Shown here one piece after another: positions 58,520-64,000 of a stretch of 64,000 nt of DNA. The stretch's first letter is position 1, and each line of letters opens with the position of its first letter. Position numbers and translations under genes: made by a program. Below the pieces are notes generated by a model. It saw only the letters and a list, made by a program, of their open reading frames with translations. It had not been told where the DNA came from and searched no databases. The DNA is from Kineosporiaceae bacterium (GTDB taxonomy: Bacteria > Actinomycetota > Actinomycetes > Actinomycetales > Kineosporiaceae), in contig DATDMG010000234.1 of assembly GCA_036518955.1 (NCBI GenBank), positions 12,767 to 76,766 on the forward strand, read 5' to 3'.

Positions 58520-59142
58520 CCGGCCCGCCCGAGGTGACGCAACGTGCGCCGGAGCAGCGCTGCGACGTCGCCCGGGCCGGTCGGCAGGACGCCGTCCGGG
58601 TCGGCGGTGACGGCGTCGACCGCGTCGCCCGCCTGCTTCACCGACCAACCCAGGCCGACCAGGGCCTCCACGACCTGCTCCCGCCACGCCGGCCCGGCAG
58701 CTGCGCTCGCCGCGGCGGTGGCCGCGGGCACGGACGACGTCGCCGCCCCCAGCCGGTCGGTGAGCTCCAGGATGATGCGCTGAGCGCCCTTGCGGCCGAT
58801 CCCCGGCACCTTCACCAGCGCGTTCACGTCCTGGGCGGCGACCGCGGCGCGCAGACCGTCCGGTGTGTGGACGGCGAGCATCGCCAGCGCGAGCCGCGGG
58901 CCGATCCCGGAGACCGTCTGCACGGTCTCGAAGACGTCGCGCTCGTCGTCGTCGGCGAAGCCGAACAGTGTCAGCGCGTCCTCCCGGACGACCAGGCTCG
59001 TCGCCAGCCGCGCCTCGAGCCCGACCCGCAGGGCGGCCAGCGTGGCCGGGGTGGCCTGGACGAGCATCCCGACCCCGCCGACCTCGATCACCGCGGCGTC
59101 GAGCCGGACGGCGAGCACGGTCCCCCGCACCGATGCGATCAT
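58516..59142 (-). CDS. ruvA: Holliday junction DNA-binding protein RuvA
   Basis: Trimmed to ATG 59142. [12 protein letters not shown]...[31 protein letters not shown]...[16 protein letters not shown]. Confidence 0.95.
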   Translation of the reverse strand: MIASVRGTVLAVRLDAAVIEVGGVGMLVQATPATLAALRVGLEARLATSLVVREDALTLFGFADDDERDVFETVQTVSGIGPRLALAMLAVHTPDGLRAAVAAQDVNALVKVPGIGRKGAQRIILELTDRLGAATSSVPAATAAASAAAGPAWREQVVEALVGLGWSVKQAGDAVDAVTADPDGVLPTGPGDVAALLRRTLRHLGRAG

Positions 59143-59182
59143 GAGGTCTCCCGCGGCATCGATGAGAACATGTGTACGAACG

Positions 59183-59773
59183 CTACCCGATGCCCGGCAC
59201 CGCGGGCGCCCGGCGCGCCGCGCGCCGGGCCGTCGCCGCCGCCTCGATCCAGCGCCGTTGGGCGGCCGTCGGGGCCCCGGCCAGGCCGGGACCCCCGGCG
59301 GTGCCGTCGCGCCAGAGGTGGCAGATGGCCAGCGCCAGGGCGTCGGCGGCGTCCGCGGGCCGGGGCTCCTCCGGCAGCGCCAGGATGCGGGCCACCATGA
59401 CCGCGACCTGCTTCTTGCCGGCACGCCCGTCGCCGGTGACGGACGCCTTCACCTCGCTCGGGGTGTGCACCGCCACGGGGATGCGCCGGCGGGCGGCGGC
59501 CAGCGCGGCCACGCCGGCCACCTGGGCGGTGCCCATGACCGTGCGCACGTTGTGCTGGCTGAAGACCCGCTCCACCGCCACGACGTCGGGCCGCACCTGG
59601 TCGAGCCAGCCCTCGATCGCCTCGCCGATGCCGAGCAGGCGAAGGCCGAGATCGTCGGTCGGGGGGGTCCGGACGACGTCGACGGCGACCAGCGACACCG
59701 TGCGCCCTCGGGACCCCTCGACCACGCCGAGGCCGCAGCGGGTCAGCCCGGGGTCGACTCCGAGGACGCGCAC
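59183..59773 (-). CDS. ruvC: Crossover junction endodeoxyribonuclease RuvC
   Basis: [18 protein letters not shown]...VAVERVF...[16 protein letters not shown] start. Confidence 0.95.
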   Translation of the reverse strand: MRVLGVDPGLTRCGLGVVEGSRGRTVSLVAVDVVRTPPTDDLGLRLLGIGEAIEGWLDQVRPDVVAVERVFSQHNVRTVMGTAQVAGVAALAAARRRIPVAVHTPSEVKASVTGDGRAGKKQVAVMVARILALPEEPRPADAADALALAICHLWRDGTAGGPGLAGAPTAAQRRWIEAAATARRAARRAPAVPGIG

Positions 59774-59785
59774 CGCCTCAGCATC

Positions 59786-60535
59786 TCAACCGACCGCCGC
59801 GATCACCTCGTCGGACACGTCGAAGTTGGCGTACACGTTCTGCACGTCGTCACTGTCCTCGAGGGCGTCGATCAGCTTGAAGATCTTCCGCGCGCCCTCC
59901 TCGTCGAGCGGGACGGCGACGCTGGGCTTGAACTCCACGTCGGCCGAGTCGTAGTCGATCCCGCAGTCCTGCAGCGCCGTCCGGACGGCGACCAGGTCGC
60001 TCGCCTCCGACACCACCTCGAACGCCTCGTCGAGGTCGTTGACCTCCTCGGCACCGGCGTCCAGCACGGCCGTCAGGACGTCGTCCTCGGTGCGGCCGTT
60101 CTTCGGCACCACCACCACACCCTTCCGGGTGAACAGGTAGGAGACGCTGCCCGGATCGGCCAGGGTGCCGCCGTTGCGGGTCAGCGCGGTGCGGACCTCG
60201 GCCGCGGCCCGGTTGCGGTTGTCGGTGAGGCATTCGATCAAGACGGCGACGCCGTTGGGCCCGTACCCCTCGTACATGATCGTCTGATAGTCCGCGCCCC
60301 CCGCCTCGGCCCCCGAGCCGCGCTTGACGGCTCGGTCGATGTTGTCGTTGGGGACCGACGCCTTCTTCGCCTTCTGGATCGCGTCGTAGAGCGTGGGGTT
60401 GCCGGCCGGGTCGCCGCCGCCGGTCCGGGCCGCGACCTCGATGTTCTTGATCAGCTTGGCGAACATCTTGCCGCGCTTGGCGTCGATGACCGCCTTCTTG
60501 TGCTTGGTGGTGGCCCACTTGGAGTGGCCGGACAT
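59786..60535 (-). CDS. yebC: YebC/PmpR-family DNA-binding transcriptional regulator
   Basis: [37 protein letters not shown]... ATG 60535; the GTG one codon upstream is also possible. Confidence 0.95.
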   Translation of the reverse strand: MSGHSKWATTKHKKAVIDAKRGKMFAKLIKNIEVAARTGGGDPAGNPTLYDAIQKAKKASVPNDNIDRAVKRGSGAEAGGADYQTIMYEGYGPNGVAVLIECLTDNRNRAAAEVRTALTRNGGTLADPGSVSYLFTRKGVVVVPKNGRTEDDVLTAVLDAGAEEVNDLDEAFEVVSEASDLVAVRTALQDCGIDYDSADVEFKPSVAVPLDEEGARKIFKLIDALEDSDDVQNVYANFDVSDEVIAAVG

Positions 60536-60597
60536 CACGAGCCTCCTGGTCGGTGGTACCCCGGTCCGTCGTCGCGGGCGCGCCCGTCACGCCCCCG

Positions 60598-61209
60598 TCA
60601 GAAGCTGGCGCTGCGGACCAGGTCGACGAAGTACCGGTGCACGCGGGTGTCCCCGGTGATCTCCGGGTGGAACGACGTCGCGAGCAGGTTCCCCTGCCGC
60701 ACCGCTACGATCCTACCCGCGCCGGGGCCGCCCTGGACCTGGGCGAGAACCTCGACCCCCTTCCCCACCTGCTCCACCCAGGGGGCTCTGATGAAGACCG
60801 CGCGCACCGGCGGGCCATCGACGCCGCGGAACTCCAGGTCCTCCTCGAAGCTCTCCGACTGCCGCCCGAAGGCGTTCCGCCGGACCGACATGTCGATCCC
60901 GCCGAGCGTCTGCTGGCCCGGAACGCCGTCCTCGAGCCGGTCCGCGAGCATGATCATGCCGGCGCACGATCCGTACACCGGCATCCCCTCCTTGATCCGG
61001 TGCAGCAGCGGGTCGCGCAGCTCGAAGACCCGGGTGAGCTTGTCGATCGTGGTGGACTCCCCACCGGGGAGCACCACCGCGGCCACCGAGGCCAGCTCGG
61101 ACGGGCGCCGCACCGGGCGGGCGACGACGTCGCACTCGGCGAGCGCGGCCAGGTGCTCCCGGACATCCCCCTGGACGGCCAGCACCCCGACGACGGGATC
61201 GTGGGTCAC
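60598..61209 (-). CDS. pdxT: Pyridoxal 5'-phosphate synthase glutaminase subunit PdxT
   Basis: Trimmed to GTG 61209. [31 protein letters not shown] and TSFHPE (Cys-His-Glu triad). pdxS is not adjacent. Confidence 0.92.
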   Translation of the reverse strand: MTHDPVVGVLAVQGDVREHLAALAECDVVARPVRRPSELASVAAVVLPGGESTTIDKLTRVFELRDPLLHRIKEGMPVYGSCAGMIMLADRLEDGVPGQQTLGGIDMSVRRNAFGRQSESFEEDLEFRGVDGPPVRAVFIRAPWVEQVGKGVEVLAQVQGGPGAGRIVAVRQGNLLATSFHPEITGDTRVHRYFVDLVRSASF

Positions 61210-61273
61210 ACCGTCCAGCGTAGATGCCGGCCGCTCGAGCACCGTCGAAGGCCGGCGCCGGTACGGTCGCGCC

Positions 61274-62563
61274 ATGCCGTCCCCCGACCCGGCCGCCCCC
61301 GACCCGGCCGCCCCCGACCCGGCCGCGGCGCTCGCGGACATCGCCCGACGTCTGGACGCCGCCGGGCCGCTGGCCGCCGTCCGTGCCCGGTTCACCCTCC
61401 CGGAGGGCCTGGTCTACCTGGCCGGCAACTCCCTCGGCGCGCTGCCGGCGCACGTGCCCGCGGCCGTCGAGGACGCCGTCCGCCGGCAGTGGGGCGAGGA
61501 CCTGGTCAGGTCCTGGAACGTGCACGGGTGGTGGGACGCGCCCGGCCGGGTGGGCGACCGGATCGGCCGGCTGATCGGCGCGGCGCCCGGCCAGGTGGTC
61601 GCCGGGGACGGCACCTCGGTCGCGCTCTACAAGGGCTACCTGGCCGCCACCGGCCTGCGACCCGGGCGACGGGTGGTGGTCACCGACCCCGATTCCTTCC
61701 CCACCGACCTGCACGTGCTCACCGGCGCGGCCCGCGCCGCCGGCCTCGAGGTGGTCACGGCCCGGCCCGGCGCCGTCCCCACGGTGCTCGCCGAACGGGG
61801 GGACGCCGTCGCCCTGACGGCGCTGTCCGCGGTCGACTACCGCACCGGTGAGGTGTGGGACCTCCCCGGGCTGACCGCCGCCGCGCACCGGGCGGGCGCG
61901 CTCGCGCTGTGGGACGTCTCGCACGCCGCCGGCGTGCTCCCCCTCGACCTCGACCGGAACGGTGTCGACCTGGCGGTCGGGTGCGGCTACAAGTACCTGT
62001 GCGGCGGTCCGGGAGCGCCCGGATTCCTCTACGTCGCCAGCCGTTGGCAGCAGCAGGTGAGCAACCCGCTGCCCGGCTGGCAGGGGCACGCCCGGCCCTT
62101 CGCGATGGAGGCGGAGTACGACCCGGCGCCGGGCATCACCCGGATGCGGACCGGGACGCCGCCGATGCTGTCCCTGCTCGCCCTGGACTCCGCGCTCGAC
62201 GTCTTCGACGGCCTGACCCCGGAGCGGCTGCGCGCCGGTTCCGTGTCGCTGACCTCGTTCTTCGTCGACTGTCTGACCGTCCTGGCTCCCGAGGTGCACC
62301 TCGCGAGCCCGCGGGACGCCGGCCGGCGAGGAAGCCAGGTGTCCCTGCGCCACCCGGCCGGCTACGGGCTCACCCGGGCGCTGGCCGCCCGCGGGGTGAT
62401 CGGGGACTTCCGGGAGCCGGACGTCGTCCGCCTCGGGTTCGCCCCGCTGTTCGTCTCGCACCAGGACGCGCTCGCCGCCGCGACCCACATCGGGCGGGTC
62501 CTGGCCACCGGCGAGCACCGGCACCCCGAGCGCCCCGGCGCGGGTCGGCCGACCGTCACCTGA
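61274..62563 (+). CDS. kynU: Kynureninase-like PLP-dependent hydrolase (aminotransferase class V fold)
   Basis: This is the last 429 codons of the 1257-aa track ORF, from ATG 61274. [10 protein letters not shown] and [23 protein letters not shown] (PLP-Lys region) are present. N-terminus (PDPAA)x3. Confidence 0.8.
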   Translation: MPSPDPAAPDPAAPDPAAALADIARRLDAAGPLAAVRARFTLPEGLVYLAGNSLGALPAHVPAAVEDAVRRQWGEDLVRSWNVHGWWDAPGRVGDRIGRLIGAAPGQVVAGDGTSVALYKGYLAATGLRPGRRVVVTDPDSFPTDLHVLTGAARAAGLEVVTARPGAVPTVLAERGDAVALTALSAVDYRTGEVWDLPGLTAAAHRAGALALWDVSHAAGVLPLDLDRNGVDLAVGCGYKYLCGGPGAPGFLYVASRWQQQVSNPLPGWQGHARPFAMEAEYDPAPGITRMRTGTPPMLSLLALDSALDVFDGLTPERLRAGSVSLTSFFVDCLTVLAPEVHLASPRDAGRRGSQVSLRHPAGYGLTRALAARGVIGDFREPDVVRLGFAPLFVSHQDALAAATHIGRVLATGEHRHPERPGAGRPTVT

Positions 62564-62591
62564 TCTCGCGACGCGGCGCTCGGCCGCGCCA

Positions 62592-62608
62592 CCGGCCCGA
62601 CGGGCCGG
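62592..62608. terminator. Hairpin between convergent kynU and the LemA-like gene
   Basis: CCGGCCC-GAC-GGGCCGG abuts the stop at 62609. Confidence 0.3.
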
Positions 62609-63217
62609 TCAACCCGGGAGGGTGGCGAGGCCGGACGGCGGGCTGTCGTCCAGCTCCACCATCTGCGGGAAGTCGGCGTGCCCGGCGAGCCGGGCCCAGC
62701 GCACCACCCGCTTTCGGCGCACCCGCTGGGCCTGCGCCACCGCGTCGTTGTGGAACCTGCGGGCCAGCTGCACGCGCAGGCACGCCTGGCCGAGCAGTTC
62801 CAGCGAGGCGGTGGCGAGAGGGTCGGCGCGCAGGGCACGGACGTCGTCCGCCTCGCCGAACGCCGCCCGCAGCGCCCGGGTCAGGTCGCTCTCCACCTCC
62901 TCCAGTACGGCCAGCGACGGCGCCTGGTCCTCGCCCGCGGTCAGCGCCCGGGTGGCCGCGTCGGTGAGCAGCAGCGCCGTCGCCGGGTCGAGGACCGGCG
63001 CCACCTCCAGCGAGGCGGCCGCCCGCCGGGCGAGCTGGGCGTCCAGGGCTGCCCGGGTGGACTCGACGCGGTGGTGCAGCCGGTCCAGGCGGCCTGCCGA
63101 GAAGCTCAGGTACCAGCCGAGCAGCAGGACCAGCGCCAACATCAACGGCACCCAGCCGCTGACGACGCCCACCCAGTCCGTCACCGTCGCCCCCAACCCG
63201 CCGAAGCCGTCACCCAC
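62609..63217 (-). CDS. Hypothetical N-terminally anchored membrane protein, distantly LemA-like
   Basis: TM segment WVPLMLALVLLLGWYL followed by helical repeats. The C-terminal ARRFHNDAVAQAQRVRRKRVVRWARLAG resembles the LemA RR.YN motif region. High GC3. Confidence 0.6.
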   Translation of the reverse strand: MGDGFGGLGATVTDWVGVVSGWVPLMLALVLLLGWYLSFSAGRLDRLHHRVESTRAALDAQLARRAAASLEVAPVLDPATALLLTDAATRALTAGEDQAPSLAVLEEVESDLTRALRAAFGEADDVRALRADPLATASLELLGQACLRVQLARRFHNDAVAQAQRVRRKRVVRWARLAGHADFPQMVELDDSPPSGLATLPG

Positions 63218-63244
63218 CCGCCCACCCTCCGCTCGCCCCCGGGC

Positions 63245-64000
63245 CTAGGTGAGCCACCGGGCCAGCAGGCCGCCCGCGGCCGGGTCCTGCCCGACCCGCA
63301 CGGCCCCGAGCCGGACCGTCTCGTACACCGCCAGCACCTGCCCGGCCACTCTCGCCCAGTCGTAGCGGCGGACCCCGGTAGCGGCGCGGCGGGCGTACTC
63401 CCGTCGCCGCACCGGGTCCCGGAGCAGGTCGATCAGGCAGGTCGCGAGCCCCACGTGGTCGCCGACGCCGAAGAGTGCCCCGAGGTGACCGTCGTCCAGC
63501 ACCCGGCGGAACGCCCCCAGGTCGCTGGCCAGCACCGGCGCGCCTGCGCTCATCGCCTCGACCAGCACGATCCCGAAACTCTCCCCACCGGTCTGCGGCG
63601 CCACGTACACGTCCGCCGAGCGCAGCAGCGCCGCCTTGTCGTCGTCGTCCAGGACGCCGAGCAGCTCGACGGCGGCCCGCTGCTGCGGGCTCAGGCCGGC
63701 GAGAGCGCCGTCGCCGTCGCCACGGCCCAGGACCAGGAACCGGGTGCCCGGGATCGCGGCCAGCACCTGCGGGATCGCGGCCGCCAGCACCGGCAGGCCC
63801 TTGCGTGGCTCGTCGATCCGTCCGACGAACGCGACCGTGGGACGCTCGGGCGTGCCCTGCCAGCCGGCCCGCGGCACGGCCTGCGCGAAGCGGTCCACGT
63901 ACACCCCGTTGGGGATCACGACGGCGTCCCCGCCGAAGTGCTCGACGAGCGTCCGGCGGGCGTCCTCGGAGACCGCGATCCGGGCCGAGATCTTCTCCAT
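63245..64000 (-). CDS. pimA: GT4-family glycosyltransferase, PimA-like. Only the C-terminal 251 aa are present; the 5' end lies outside the window.
   Basis: GT-B C-domain with PQTGGESFGIVLVEAMSAGAPVLASDLGAFRRVL (E-x7-E region). Synteny with pdxT/ruvCAB as in mycobacteria. Confidence 0.7.
   Translation of the reverse strand: MEKISARIAVSEDARRTLVEHFGGDAVVIPNGVYVDRFAQAVPRAGWQGTPERPTVAFVGRIDEPRKGLPVLAAAIPQVLAAIPGTRFLVLGRGDGDGALAGLSPQQRAAVELLGVLDDDDKAALLRSADVYVAPQTGGESFGIVLVEAMSAGAPVLASDLGAFRRVLDDGHLGALFGVGDHVGLATCLIDLLRDPVRRREYARRAATGVRRYDWARVAGQVLAVYETVRLGAVRVGQDPAAGGLLARWLT

Noticed and set aside
58790-61273. First roughly 828 codons of the 1257-aa plus-strand track ORF
   Set aside because: This part is antisense to ruvA, ruvC, yebC and pdxT. 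Only the segment from ATG 61274 (kynureninase-like) has protein-like sequence and motifs.

Overview
This is a very GC-rich stretch of actinobacterial chromosomal core. Hand counts of single 60-nt lines give about 70-83% GC in housekeeping genes. I call about 57 protein genes, roughly 50 of them on the minus strand, and found no rRNA, tRNA, CRISPR, IS element or integrase.

Gene order, reading the minus strand from high to low coordinates: pimA-like GT4, LemA-like, (kynU on +), pdxT, yebC, ruvC-ruvA-ruvB, yajC-secD-secF-apt, relA, (DUF349, ppiB and an AbiEi-like orphan on +), MBL hydrolase, hisS, AKR, aspS, rarA, DUF948, alaS-ruvX-mltG-aroE, an 11-gene type IV pilus locus, aroC-aroK-aroB, (NUDIX on +), efp-nusB, (bldD on +), pyrR-pyrB-pyrC-carA-carB-pyrK-pyrD-pyrF, mihF-gmk-rpoZ-coaBC-metK-priA, and a cinA-like fragment. 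This backbone matches the Mycobacterium/Streptomyces synteny as I remember it.

The only accessory-looking block is the pilus locus at about 22.6-33.7 kb, between aroE and aroC. Its order is pilT-pilC, pilA, three minor pilins, pilD, pilM-pilN-pilO, then an unassigned membrane protein. Four things stand out in it:
- One minor pilin (PilX-like) carries six Cys...Cys...QxW repeats, read as tandem ricin-type lectin domains.
- A second minor pilin (PilV-like) carries Ig-like repeats.
- The only ATPase is PilT-type; no PilB is present.
- A strong hairpin follows pilA.

Other points: PriA has degenerate helicase motifs. The eight pyr genes are fully translationally coupled, behind a PyrR-site/SD-sequestering leader. 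bldD has an intact c-di-GMP motif and a palindromic box in its own leader. Several in-frame tandem repeats occur in coding regions.

All family assignments come from reading the translations; no database search was possible. Many track ORFs were trimmed to internal starts that abut the upstream stop codon.
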